Part shown: one piece after another, positions 7,615-17,056 of the stretch | How the letters are laid out: each line of letters opens with the position of its first letter | How positions within the stretch are numbered: the first letter of the stretch is position 1 | Origin: an uncultured Terriglobales bacterium | GTDB taxonomy: Bacteria; Acidobacteriota; Terriglobia; Terriglobales; Acidobacteriaceae | Reading direction: 5' to 3' | NCBI GenBank assembly: GCA_964619235.1 | Contig: CAZUCM010000002.1 | Coordinates: forward strand, 1 to 27,415 | DNA length: 27,415 nucleotides | Made by a program: the position numbers and the translations under genes | The notes under the pieces: model-generated | What the model saw: the letters and a program-made list of their open reading frames with translations, nothing else | Databases searched by the model: none | Told to the model about the DNA's origin: nothing

Positions 7615-8880
7615 ATGTCACCAGAGACGAATCCGCATTCCCCCGCCGACAAGACCGTGGAGTTTCCATCCCCTGCCAGGCCCGAGCGCGAGCGCCAGGC
7701 GCCGCTGCGTTTGCGCCGAAGATGGAAGTCGTGGCAGGCGGGATTGATCGCCGGCGTCCTGCTGCTGGTGCTTGTTAGTGGGGGATTGCTTTGGCGTTAT
7801 TTCGCGAGCTACGAATCCACCGACGATGCCCAGGTGGATGTCCACCTCTATCCGGTCAGCGCGCGGGTCTCAGGTTATGTGATCTCTGTGAACGTGAACG
7901 ATAACCAGCCGGTGGAAAAAGGCGCGGTACTGGTAGAGGTTGATCCGCGGGACTATCAGGTGGCGGTCGATAAGGCGAGAGCCGATCTCGCCAATGCGGA
8001 AGCGACGGCGCAATCGCTCGACATTGCCGTTCCCATCGCCTCGGTGGACACTTCCAGCCAGTTGAAGTTTTCGGCGTCTGACGTGGAAAATGCGCACGCC
8101 GGGATCGCCGTTGCCGAAAGACAGCTGGCTGCCGCACATGCGCAATGGGAGCAGGCCGCGGCCAACGACGTTAAGACGCAAGACGATCTGAAGCGGTACA
8201 AATTGCTGTTGGACAGGGACGAGGTATCGGCCCAGATCTACGATCAGGCTCTCGCGGCTGCCAAGGCCAGCACCGCCGGCGTGACTGCCGCGCGAGCCAA
8301 TGAGGACGCGGCCCAGCAGTCGGTGAAGCAAGCCAAGAGCCGCTTGTCCGAGGCGGAAGCGAACCACCGGGTGGCGGAGACGGCGCCTGAGCAGGTTGCC
8401 TCAACCCGTGCTCGCGCGCTTTCCGCCGCTGCCGATGTGCAGGAAAAGCGCGCCGCCCTGAATCAGGCGGAGTTGAACCTGCAATACACCAGGATTGTGG
8501 CGCCGGTTGGCGGCGAGGTGAATAAAAACGTCGTCGCCGGCATGAATGTCCAGCCTGGGCAGGGATTGCTGAATATCATTCCGCTCGACGACGTGTGGAT
8601 TACCGCCAACTTCAAGGAGGCCCAGCTCAAGCAGCTGCGGCCCGGTGAGCGGGTGGAAATCAGCGTAGACTCCAACGGGCGCAGCTATAAAGGGCACATC
8701 GACAGCATCGGAGGCGCTACGGGTCCGGTGTTCAGCTTGCTTCCACCGGAGAATGCCACCGGCAACTACGTCAAAATCGTCCAGAGAATTCCAGTGAAGA
8801 TCGTTCTCGATCCGGGCGAAAATCGCGACCATCAGCTGCGGCCTGGCATGAACGTTGAACCGAAGGTATATCTGCGATGA
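7615..8880 (+). CDS. emrA: HlyD/EmrA-family membrane fusion protein
   Basis: N-terminal TM anchor, STDDAQV, lipoyl half-motifs (VNDNQPVEKG; IVAPVGGEV), coiled coil, and FSLLPPENATGNYVKIVQRIPVKI. Confidence 0.95.
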   Translation: MSPETNPHSPADKTVEFPSPARPERERQAPLRLRRRWKSWQAGLIAGVLLLVLVSGGLLWRYFASYESTDDAQVDVHLYPVSARVSGYVISVNVNDNQPVEKGAVLVEVDPRDYQVAVDKARADLANAEATAQSLDIAVPIASVDTSSQLKFSASDVENAHAGIAVAERQLAAAHAQWEQAAANDVKTQDDLKRYKLLLDRDEVSAQIYDQALAAAKASTAGVTAARANEDAAQQSVKQAKSRLSEAEANHRVAETAPEQVASTRARALSAAADVQEKRAALNQAELNLQYTRIVAPVGGEVNKNVVAGMNVQPGQGLLNIIPLDDVWITANFKEAQLKQLRPGERVEISVDSNGRSYKGHIDSIGGATGPVFSLLPPENATGNYVKIVQRIPVKIVLDPGENRDHQLRPGMNVEPKVYLR

Positions 8881-10478
8881 GCGGCGGCGACCACACCCTT
8901 GCCGCCGTGGACGCCCACTGGCAGCCGAAATTCAATCCCTGGCTGATTGCCGTCGTGGTGGCGATGGCGGCATTCATGGAGGTTCTCGACACCAGCATCG
9001 CCAACGTGGCGTTGCCGTATATGGCCGGCGACCTGGGCGCCAGCAATGACCAAAGCACCTGGGTGCTTACCTCCTATCTGGTTTCCAATGCCATTGTTCT
9101 TCCTGTCAGCGGCTGGCTCGCTGCTACCTTTGGGCGAAAGCGGTTCTTCATGGTATGTCTGGCGATCTTCACCCTGAGCTCTCTTCTGTGTGGGACTGCG
9201 CCAAGCCTGGGACTGCTGCTGGTATTTCGCGTGATGCAAGGCGCCGGCGGGGGCGGGTTGCAGCCCATGGCGCAAGCGATTCTGGCGGACAGCTTTCCGC
9301 CGCAGAAGCGGGGGCTGGCATTCGCACTGTATGGCATCACGGCGATTTTGGCGCCTACAATCGGACCGACCCTGGGAGGATGGATCACCTTTAGTTACTC
9401 CTGGCGCTGGATCTTCTTTATCAATCTTCCGGTTGGGGTGCTGACGCTGCTTCTGGTCTTGCGGCTGGTTGAAGATCCGCCGTATTTGACCCGCCTCCGG
9501 TCCGCCGGAGTCAAACTGGATTATGTCGGAATCGGATTGCTGGTGCTGGGCATTGGCGCCCTGCAGATTCTGCTGGATAAGGGGCAGGAGGACGACTGGT
9601 TCGGCTCCCGCTTTATTCTGACCCTGGCGATTGTAGCCGGCGTGTGCCTGTGTTCGCTGGTGGTCTGGGAGTGGTTTCGTAAACAGCCGATCATCGATGT
9701 CCGGCTGTTTCAGAAATTCAACTACGCCAGCACGAATCTGATGATGTTCATTCTGGGGATCTTGCTGTTCAGCAGTCTGGTGATCATGCCCCAGTTTCTC
9801 CAGACCCTGCTGGGATATACCGCCGAGCTGGCTGGGTTGGTCCTCTCCGGAGGCGCAGTGGTGCTGCTGATTGCCTTGCCCATTGTGGGCCAGCTTACAA
9901 CCAAAGTTCCAGTGCGCTACATCATCGCCTTTGGCTGGATATGTCTGGCCATCGCCATGTTTTACTCCACCGAGCGTATCGACTTGTTGATCAGTTTCAG
10001 TTCGGCCACCTGGCTGCGCGTCGCCCAGGTTGCCGGCCTGGGCTTTCTCTTCGTGCCGATTACGCTTGCGGCCTACATCGGAGTGCCCGCGGAAAAGAGC
10101 AATTCGGTTGCCGGTATGATCAATTTCATGCGCAATATGGGAAGCAGCGTGGGCACCTCGATGGTCACCACGGTGATTGCCCGCCGCTCGCAGTTCCATC
10201 AGTCAACCCTGGCCGGGCATACGACGGCAGAGACGCAAAGCGTTCAGCAACTGATCAACGGTCTGGCACAGCGCCTGATTCAGTCGGGAATCAGCCCTCC
10301 CGACGCGCAAGTGCGGGCCTATGCCCGGGTCTATCAGGCGGTGCAGGCGCAAGCGGCAACCCTGGCCTACATCGATACCTTCTGGATTCTTGCCATTGGC
10401 GCGGCGATTATGTTTCTGCTGTCTTTTCTGCTTAAGAAGAACGATCCGGGCTCGGGCGGCGAGGCAGCGGTGGGCTGA
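8877..10478 (+). CDS. emrB: DHA2 (EmrB/QacA) 14-TM MFS efflux transporter
   Basis: MEVLDTSIANVALP, WVLTSYLVSNAIVLP, FGRKRFF and APTIGPTLGGWI. ATGA overlap with emrA. Confidence 0.95.
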   Translation: MSGGDHTLAAVDAHWQPKFNPWLIAVVVAMAAFMEVLDTSIANVALPYMAGDLGASNDQSTWVLTSYLVSNAIVLPVSGWLAATFGRKRFFMVCLAIFTLSSLLCGTAPSLGLLLVFRVMQGAGGGGLQPMAQAILADSFPPQKRGLAFALYGITAILAPTIGPTLGGWITFSYSWRWIFFINLPVGVLTLLLVLRLVEDPPYLTRLRSAGVKLDYVGIGLLVLGIGALQILLDKGQEDDWFGSRFILTLAIVAGVCLCSLVVWEWFRKQPIIDVRLFQKFNYASTNLMMFILGILLFSSLVIMPQFLQTLLGYTAELAGLVLSGGAVVLLIALPIVGQLTTKVPVRYIIAFGWICLAIAMFYSTERIDLLISFSSATWLRVAQVAGLGFLFVPITLAAYIGVPAEKSNSVAGMINFMRNMGSSVGTSMVTTVIARRSQFHQSTLAGHTTAETQSVQQLINGLAQRLIQSGISPPDAQVRAYARVYQAVQAQAATLAYIDTFWILAIGAAIMFLLSFLLKKNDPGSGGEAAVG

Positions 10479-10583
10479 GCGAAGGGAAGGCAAGGCGGTT
10501 TCGGGAGTCGCGGAACGGATGGTCGACGTCACTCATTGAGTGACATGGGCACGGATGGCGGCATCGAGTTCGGAGAAAACGGC

Positions 10584-11210
10584 GTGATCAGAATCATCAC
10601 GATTGAACGGGAATATGGCTGCGGTGGCGGCGAGATCGCGCATCAGATTGCCGATCGCCTGGGCTGGAAGCTATGGGATCAGCTGCTGACACAAGAGATC
10701 GCACGGCTGAGCAATTGCGAACATGCGGATGTCGCCTGCCGCGAGGAACGCGTGGATCCGCTCTATTACCGCCTTTTCAAATCAATCCTGCGCGGTAGCT
10801 TTGAAGGCAGCCTGAACCTCCATCGCCTGAAGCTGCTGGATGCCGACAGCGTCTTGCGGATTACCCGGCAAGTCGTCGAGCAAGCCGCCTCCGAAGGCGA
10901 GTGTGTGATCGTCGGCAGAGGATCGCAGCATTTCCTGCGCGAGCGGCCCGATACCTTGCGCGTCTTCCTTTACGCTCCGCGGCAGGCGAAGCTGGAGCGA
11001 CTGATTGCGGAAGGAATCGCAGATAAGGAAGCCGAAGAGTATGTGGACAGCGTCGACGACGAGCGCGCCGCTTTCATTGCGAAGTATTTCGGCATGCAAT
11101 GGCCGAACCGGGATATTTACCACACGATGCTGAATACCGATATGGGAGATGAGCTCGTCATTCAGGCGATTTTGCGCCTCAAGGAAAATCTGGACCGGCA
11201 AGCCGCATGA
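10584..11210 (+). CDS. Cytidylate kinase-like family protein (P-loop NMP-kinase fold)
   Basis: GGAG RBS before the GTG at 10584. IITIEREYGCGGGEIA P-loop variant, CVIVGRGSQHFL, VFLYAP and YHTMLNT. Confidence 0.88.
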   Translation: MIRIITIEREYGCGGGEIAHQIADRLGWKLWDQLLTQEIARLSNCEHADVACREERVDPLYYRLFKSILRGSFEGSLNLHRLKLLDADSVLRITRQVVEQAASEGECVIVGRGSQHFLRERPDTLRVFLYAPRQAKLERLIAEGIADKEAEEYVDSVDDERAAFIAKYFGMQWPNRDIYHTMLNTDMGDELVIQAILRLKENLDRQAA

Positions 11211-11259
11211 GCCCGGGTGAAGGACATGCATGGGCGCTCTGCGGCCTTTTTGCTCAGGT

Positions 11260-13185
11260 TCACCGCCAATCGACCAGTGGCCGGAGCACTGGCGGAGTCA
11301 GCCGCGGCCATTTCTCGCCAATGGGAGTCAGCAGTACCGCCAGCCGCGTCATGCCCGCGCCGGCGGCTGGAATTACGTCAATGGCAAGCATGACGGTGCC
11401 CTCGTTCTGATTCTCGGCGGCTGTCGGCGGCCGGGTTGATCCGATGCTTAGCCGCGCGTCAACGGGTTCCATAAGCTCCACCCGCAGCGTGCGGCCATGA
11501 CTAGTTAGCATGGCCGAGCGGCCGTATGCGGCAATTTCGATATGGGCCGCGGTCACCATCGTCCAGCGCAAGGGCGTGCCCGGTTTTGCCGGCTGGTATT
11601 CATCCTGCACCAGGACGCGTGAGCGGTCGAGCAAGGTTATCCCTCGGCGCAGGCTGGTAGCCTCGTCCGGATAGGCGGGTGTAAGGTCGGCTACGGCAAA
11701 GGCGCGTTCCGGCGTGCTGCCAAAGGCAACGATCGGAGCCACGATCAGACGGCGCTGCAAGGCATCACCGGGCGTCACCGTATTGTGGCTACGATTATTG
11801 GCCCGGAAATAGGACCATCGTCGCGACGCATTGTCGAAGTATTTGGGAAGGGTATAATCCTCCGGGCCGAGATCCATGGCCCAGCGTTGCCCATCAGCGT
11901 CGAGGACGAACGAGCCAAGATCGAGATGGTTATGGTGGTAGTCGTTTTTGCCGGCCTTGAAGCCCACAAATAGCGCGCGCGGATCGTTCCAGGCGCTGCG
12001 AAACAGTGCGATGTCGGCGATGCCCCGGAAATGCATGTCCAGGGGAGGAGCGGAGTCAAGGCCGCTCGCCGCGGGCTCTTGCGGAAACCAGACTGTATGC
12101 AGCGCAAAGAACCGGTTGACGACCTGGATTTGTATGGTGGGATCGAACTTCGTGACCGTCTCCTGGCCGAGGAAATTCGCCAGCAAGGCGCGCGCGCTAT
12201 GCAACGCAACCGGCAGATGATAGCGTTCCGCCAGCCAGGCAAACGCCGGAGAATTCTGCAGGTCCGCGGTGGAGTCGGCATAATTGAAGGCCAAGCCGAA
12301 GGGGCCATTCACCGCCAAATGATACATCGCCGTACGGTCGAAACCCGGCACCGCCGCCAGACCGAGATCCGTGCCGAGAGCGCTCTCCAGCTCCGCCAGC
12401 GCAATGACCGTATAGGTTGTCCCATACGTCCAGTAGCCCGGCCCTTCCGGATATGCGCCATCCGGCTGGTAGGAGGCCAGCCCGACAGGCATGGACGCGC
12501 GCGCGCCGTCAATGACCTTGCGTGCCAGAACCGGTTCTTCGTCGGCCAGCGCCAGGGCAGCGGTGAGCAGTCCGGTGTTGCATACCGGGTTCCAGTTGCC
12601 CGCCTTGGTGACCCATCCCAGGCGCCGGTCGCTCGATTCGCCGGGAACGTAGGCCGCTTCCGCAAAGGTTAGTGATTTTTCCATGAGCGCCCGCTTTAGC
12701 GTGGAGCGCTCGGCCGGCTGCAGCTGCGCATACAGCCAGTCATAGCCGATAGCAACGGCGAAACTCAGCTCGCCGACATCGAGAAAATGCTCCGGCCCCC
12801 AATCCGGAAAGGCGGCAACATTGAAGAGCTCGTTCTTAGCGCGTGCTGCGAAGCGAAGATCGCCGGTGAGACGGTACGCCATGGAGCAGGTGAGAATGTA
12901 ATAGACGGCATACCGCGCCTGATCGAGCGAAGCCTCTCCGGCCGGCAGATGCCGGCTCGGAGGCGCAGAGAGAATTGTTTCGGCCGTAGCGATGATGTGC
13001 TTGTGCAGGGCGGCACGCACGGGGTCGGACTTTGCCGAGGCCACTGCCGCAGCCAGTCCGTTGTCGGTTAGCAGAAGTCGTGGATGGCCGCTGCGGAGAT
13101 GGGCGAGCGGATCTTGCGCCGTGCCGGCCCAAAGGCGTGGCGCGGAGAAAATTAACGCCAACAGCAGCACGGCGAAACAGCGCAT
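11260..13185 (-). CDS. Secreted heparinase II/III-like polysaccharide lyase
   Basis: Signal peptide MRCFAVLLLALIFSAPRLWA. Contains HPRLLL, GAYPEGPGYW.YG, FNYAD, HNHLDLGSFVLDADGQRWAMDLG and SHNTVT, consistent with an alpha-toroid plus Hepar_II_III beta-sandwich. Confidence 0.88.
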   Translation of the reverse strand: MRCFAVLLLALIFSAPRLWAGTAQDPLAHLRSGHPRLLLTDNGLAAAVASAKSDPVRAALHKHIIATAETILSAPPSRHLPAGEASLDQARYAVYYILTCSMAYRLTGDLRFAARAKNELFNVAAFPDWGPEHFLDVGELSFAVAIGYDWLYAQLQPAERSTLKRALMEKSLTFAEAAYVPGESSDRRLGWVTKAGNWNPVCNTGLLTAALALADEEPVLARKVIDGARASMPVGLASYQPDGAYPEGPGYWTYGTTYTVIALAELESALGTDLGLAAVPGFDRTAMYHLAVNGPFGLAFNYADSTADLQNSPAFAWLAERYHLPVALHSARALLANFLGQETVTKFDPTIQIQVVNRFFALHTVWFPQEPAASGLDSAPPLDMHFRGIADIALFRSAWNDPRALFVGFKAGKNDYHHNHLDLGSFVLDADGQRWAMDLGPEDYTLPKYFDNASRRWSYFRANNRSHNTVTPGDALQRRLIVAPIVAFGSTPERAFAVADLTPAYPDEATSLRRGITLLDRSRVLVQDEYQPAKPGTPLRWTMVTAAHIEIAAYGRSAMLTSHGRTLRVELMEPVDARLSIGSTRPPTAAENQNEGTVMLAIDVIPAAGAGMTRLAVLLTPIGEKWPRLTPPVLRPLVDWR

Positions 13186-13484
13186 GGGAACGGCATTGAG
13201 AGCGCAGTCCCGCCTGGGCGGCAGCGATTCATCAGGTCGCAGCTGTCTCATTTGCTATCCTCAAGCACTTTCCGTGCGGTGCCTCCGCGAACCAGCAACC
13301 TTATCTTACAACTCCGCCTGCCCCTCTATCTCCATCCCGATCAGGCAGGCGACCGAACAGAAGGAATGTATTCTCCTGCCGGGTATCCAGTTTCCGGGGG
13401 CAAAATCGCTGGGGGCACCGATGCAGGCAACGCGAGTAAAGGGATTCTTCTCTTGATAGTGCTCAGCTGAGCGGAGAGACTTCG

Positions 13485-14576
13485 CTAGTCTCCCGGCATC
13501 GGGTGTTTGGCCTCATCGGCGTGAGGCACCAGTTCCATGTACAGCGCCCGCGGCACGGGAGTGTTCCAATGTGCCGCGGCCTTCGCATAGCCGACGATAC
13601 CCAGGAACAGTACCGCTATGGCCGCGGCGATGGCCCAGGCAGGAATCCTCACGGCACACATTCGCGGCACTCGCGGCAGCGACATTTGCAAGGCGTCCTT
13701 TGCCGGACAGACCGCGACACATTCCATGCAGCCGGTGCATTCGGCGGATTGCACGGTCACCAACTGTTGAACCGGCAGCAGCGAAGGGCAAGCCTTCGAG
13801 CAAATCCCGCAATCGATGCAAGCCGAGGCGTTGCGGCGGATGCTTGCCGGGCTGAACAACGCAGCCAGTCCCAGCAACGCGCCATATGGACAGGCATACC
13901 TGCACCAGAAATTCTGCAGGAACAGGGATGCGCCGGCCAGCAGGCTTAACACGATGAACCCGATTGTGCCCATGTGGCGGAAGAAATTGAGCATCTTTAC
14001 GTCCGCAATGGTCCCATACGGGCTACTCAGAAAGGCCGCAATGGAGGCCGGGGACATCGTTGCCACTGCCCAGATAAAGAAACCGAGCAACAAATACTTC
14101 AGTCCGCGCAGAGGCAGGTCAACTAAACGGGGCAGTTGAAACGTGCGGCGGAACAGCTTGCGGCCCGTGCGCCAAAAATATTCCGAAATTGTGCCGATCG
14201 GGCATAACCAGCTGCAAAACGTCTTGCGCAACAAAAACGCCATGGCCAGAAATGCCAGCAGCAGGAACATTCCGGCGGGGTGTACGGCCGGAACCTGACC
14301 GGTCATCAGCCAGTACTTAAGATTCATCATGGCCGCGATCGGCAGCCAGCCCTCAACGCCCGCCGGCCGCGCCACGGAACTGGGGCGGCCCGTCTCGAAT
14401 TGCCGCACCCACAGGTAGAAGACTTCGCCTAGGTAAAGGTTGAGCAGCAGGAACCCCAGTTGAAAGCCGTGGCGTAGTGCCTGGGAGTAGTCGTGCCGGG
14501 TTTGCCGCACGAACCTTCGTTTCCGCTCGCCCTCCGCGATTGAGCCGGGCACCCGGCTGGCAGGTATGCTCTTCAC
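13485..14576 (-). CDS. yccM: YccM-like membrane 4Fe-4S protein (NapH/polyferredoxin superfamily)
   Basis: GVEGWLPIAAMMNLKY, FCSWLCPIGT and WCRYACPYG (CxxxCP motifs), plus two CxxCxxCxxxCP clusters. Closely matches E. coli YccM as recalled. The GTG start is uncertain. Confidence 0.88.
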   Translation of the reverse strand: MKSIPASRVPGSIAEGERKRRFVRQTRHDYSQALRHGFQLGFLLLNLYLGEVFYLWVRQFETGRPSSVARPAGVEGWLPIAAMMNLKYWLMTGQVPAVHPAGMFLLLAFLAMAFLLRKTFCSWLCPIGTISEYFWRTGRKLFRRTFQLPRLVDLPLRGLKYLLLGFFIWAVATMSPASIAAFLSSPYGTIADVKMLNFFRHMGTIGFIVLSLLAGASLFLQNFWCRYACPYGALLGLAALFSPASIRRNASACIDCGICSKACPSLLPVQQLVTVQSAECTGCMECVAVCPAKDALQMSLPRVPRMCAVRIPAWAIAAAIAVLFLGIVGYAKAAAHWNTPVPRALYMELVPHADEAKHPMPGD

Positions 14577-14688
14577 ATTTTTTAAGATACCGGGGGCCGG
14601 AATCCGGCACCATGACTTAGGTCACGCCTGACGAGATCCGGCAACCGGAGCGCCATTTCGGAGTGCAGCGCCAGGGGCATGCCGGATC

Positions 14689-14958
14689 TTAGCTGGACGG
14701 CGGGTCATCACCCTCAAGCACGAACAGCGAAGCCACCCTGACCAGCACCCGCAGCAGGCGCCGCAGAAGTTCCTGGCGCTCTGCCGCGCGCAGGCGCTGT
14801 TCCAGCTCGTACGGCAGGTCGGCGAAAGCCGGAAACCGCTCCTGCTTTTGCCCAAGCGTCCGCATTGCTTTTGCTACGGAGATCCATGGCGGGCCGGAAT
14901 ACCGGCGGATCGCCGGTGCCGCCGGAGAACGTTGATGATCCCGCAATGACAAATGCAT
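14689..14958 (-). CDS. Small hypothetical protein (89 aa)
   Basis: Strong AAGGAGG RBS 6 nt before the ATG at 14958. The C-terminal half looks helical (ELEQRLRAAERQELLRRLLRVLVRVASLFVL). No family recognised. Confidence 0.5.
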   Translation of the reverse strand: MHLSLRDHQRSPAAPAIRRYSGPPWISVAKAMRTLGQKQERFPAFADLPYELEQRLRAAERQELLRRLLRVLVRVASLFVLEGDDPPSS

Positions 14959-15227
14959 GGCCTGCCTCCTTGGCGATCCATATAGATCGTTATCCGATAT
15001 AGTAAGATGATCGGGAAGTGCGTAAGGCTGCAACCGCGGGGGTGGCGCTTCAGCCGTGCGCCGCTCATGGTTGCTCCCCGGCGGCAACGCCTGCCGGAGC
15101 GCCGGTCCTTCGATGAAGGGATCGGTAATGGCGCGAGGCAACCGTAATACGGGGGCAACAGCGTGACCAGCGGGACCGTCCCATAATGCATGAGTGCCGC
15201 TGACCGTGGCGCAAGGAAGGGGACATT

Positions 15228-15866
15228 ATGGCCGAAACCAGAGAGTTGCTCTATTTGATGCCGCCGAAGTTCGCCAATCCAGCCCCGCTGGGGCTTGCGG
15301 GCTTTGCCCTGACCACCTTTCTTCTCAATCTCCACAATGCCGGCCTGATCTCCATCGGCGCCGCATTGCCGGTGGGTCTTTTCTACGGAGGGTTGGCCCA
15401 ACTGGTTGCCGGGTTCCTGGAGTTTCGTACCGGCAACACCTTCGGCATGACCGCCTTTGGTTCCTACGGTGCGTTCTGGATATCGCTTGCCAGCATGGTG
15501 CTGATGCAGGTCAATAAGTGGCTTCCTCCGGAAGCCGTACAGGGATGGTTGCTGGCGACGCTGGTAGCCTGGACGATTTTTACGGCGGTGCTCCTGGTCG
15601 CGACCTTCCGGCACAGCAAAGCGCTGGTGTGGGTGTTCGCCACGCTGACCATCCTGTTCATACTGCTCGATGTGCAGGCGTGGACCGGGAATCAGCTGGT
15701 CGGCAGGATTGCCGGCTGGGAAGGCATTTTCTGTGCCCTGACCGCCTGGTACCTGATGGCGGCGATTCTGCTGAACGATAGCTTCGGCAGAGTAGTGTTG
15801 CCCGTCGGCCCGCTCGAGAAGACGGCAGCGCCGGTGATCGAGGCGGTTTCCCGCAAGAGCGCCTGA
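15228..15866 (+). CDS. satP: SatP/YaaH (GPR1/FUN34) acetate/succinate uptake transporter
   Basis: Family motif FANPAPLGL, plus FYGGLAQ and [16 protein letters not shown]. Six TM helices. Confidence 0.93.
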   Translation: MAETRELLYLMPPKFANPAPLGLAGFALTTFLLNLHNAGLISIGAALPVGLFYGGLAQLVAGFLEFRTGNTFGMTAFGSYGAFWISLASMVLMQVNKWLPPEAVQGWLLATLVAWTIFTAVLLVATFRHSKALVWVFATLTILFILLDVQAWTGNQLVGRIAGWEGIFCALTAWYLMAAILLNDSFGRVVLPVGPLEKTAAPVIEAVSRKSA

Positions 15867-16349
15867 TCGGAGTTTGGCGCCGCAGTGCACCTGATTTTTG
15901 AGGACGGTGTTTCCCACTGAACGTTCAGAAGGCGCACCAGGCCGGGTAAATGCCATGTCGTGCGCGGATAACGTGAAGAATGGAGGTCAGATTGAGAGCC
16001 TGTCGGAGAGAAGGAGTTTTGAACGAAGATACAATACTGCGGCAAAACGTGTGTGCCCGATGGCCTCCCAAAAATACCACTTGAACCGCATTCGAACTAA
16101 GGCTTGCCTCGTTGCCTGCGCCCAGGATCGACGAGGGCGTGGCCGTCAGCGTAATCGATCATCGAGGATTTCATTGCGCCGCCGGCGCGTGACAAAAGTC
16201 ATTGGTTCCTGCGACTGCGACGGATAACGTTTAGCTGGTTACCGTGCTGATACACAATACGTAAGTGGTGAAATCGCTTTGATTCGTTGGCAGCGCGAAG
16301 CGCACCTGCCCGCCTTCTGATACGAACTTGGAGCAACGAGGAAATCGGC

Positions 16350-17048
16350 TTGCGACCGTGGATTGTGCTGCAACACGTTTCATGGGAAGGCCCCGGGGCA
16401 ATCGCCGGTGAAGCGCGCGCCCGGCGCATTCCCCTGGAAATCCACCGGATGGATTTGGATGCCCGTATTCCGGAGCCGGATGACCTCAGTGGGCTGATCG
16501 TAATGGGCGGGCCGATGGGCGTATACGAAACCGATCGTTATTCCTTTATCGAAGGGGAATGCGGGCTGATTGCAGAGGTCGTGCGCCGCGGTCTGCCCGT
16601 GCTCGGCGTATGCCTGGGCGCGCAGTTGTTGGCAAGCGCCCTCGGCGGACGCGTATACCGGGGGCCGGCGGCGGAAATTGGATTTGGAAACGTAGAGCTG
16701 ACAGAGGATGCACGGCAGGATCCGGTCTTCAAAGCGCTTCCGGCCACCTTGCCTGCATTTCACTGGCACGGGGATACGTTTGACCTGCCGGAGGGAGCGG
16801 TCCTGCTGGCGAAGAATGCAACTTACGCACACCAGGCATTCCGCTTCGGCAGAAACGCTTACGGATTGCAATTTCATAATGAGGTAGACCGGGAAACATG
16901 GCTGGGCTGGACGCCGCTTCTGCCCGGGTCGGCCGTTGCCGGCGCCGAACCGCAACGTGCCGAAGTCGAATGCGCAGGGAATGGCCTGTTCGCGCGGTTT
17001 TTCGAGATTGCTCAAGAGGTTGATTACATCAAGGCTGATTCGAGGTAG
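16350..17048 (+). CDS. Class I glutamine amidotransferase-like protein (stand-alone)
   Basis: GAGG RBS before the TTG at 16350. Contains LQHVSWEGPG, GLIVMGGPMGVY, nucleophile GVCLGAQ, FHWHGDTF and GLQFHNE (H-x-E). Confidence 0.92.
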   Translation: MRPWIVLQHVSWEGPGAIAGEARARRIPLEIHRMDLDARIPEPDDLSGLIVMGGPMGVYETDRYSFIEGECGLIAEVVRRGLPVLGVCLGAQLLASALGGRVYRGPAAEIGFGNVELTEDARQDPVFKALPATLPAFHWHGDTFDLPEGAVLLAKNATYAHQAFRFGRNAYGLQFHNEVDRETWLGWTPLLPGSAVAGAEPQRAEVECAGNGLFARFFEIAQEVDYIKADSR

Positions 17049-17056
17049 AGCGAACC

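Noticed and set aside
8832-10199. 455-aa minus-strand ORF, and similar long antisense ORFs (20106-21119, 23991-24920, 2164-2859)
   Set aside because: They are antisense to well-supported genes and have non-protein-like composition.
14948-14960. ATGCATTT, resembling an NsrR half-site
   Set aside because: It is only a half-site and coincides with the start codon of the 89-aa ORF.
14874-15956. 360-aa minus-strand ORF
   Set aside because: It is the antisense shadow of satP in GC-rich DNA and has no recognisable motifs.
17020-17032. TTGAT-TAC-ATCAA, resembling an FNR box upstream of the ferredoxin and nitrate operon
   Set aside because: The spacer is 3 nt rather than the required 4, the site lies inside the GATase coding end, and class II geometry would put the transcription start inside the ferredoxin gene.
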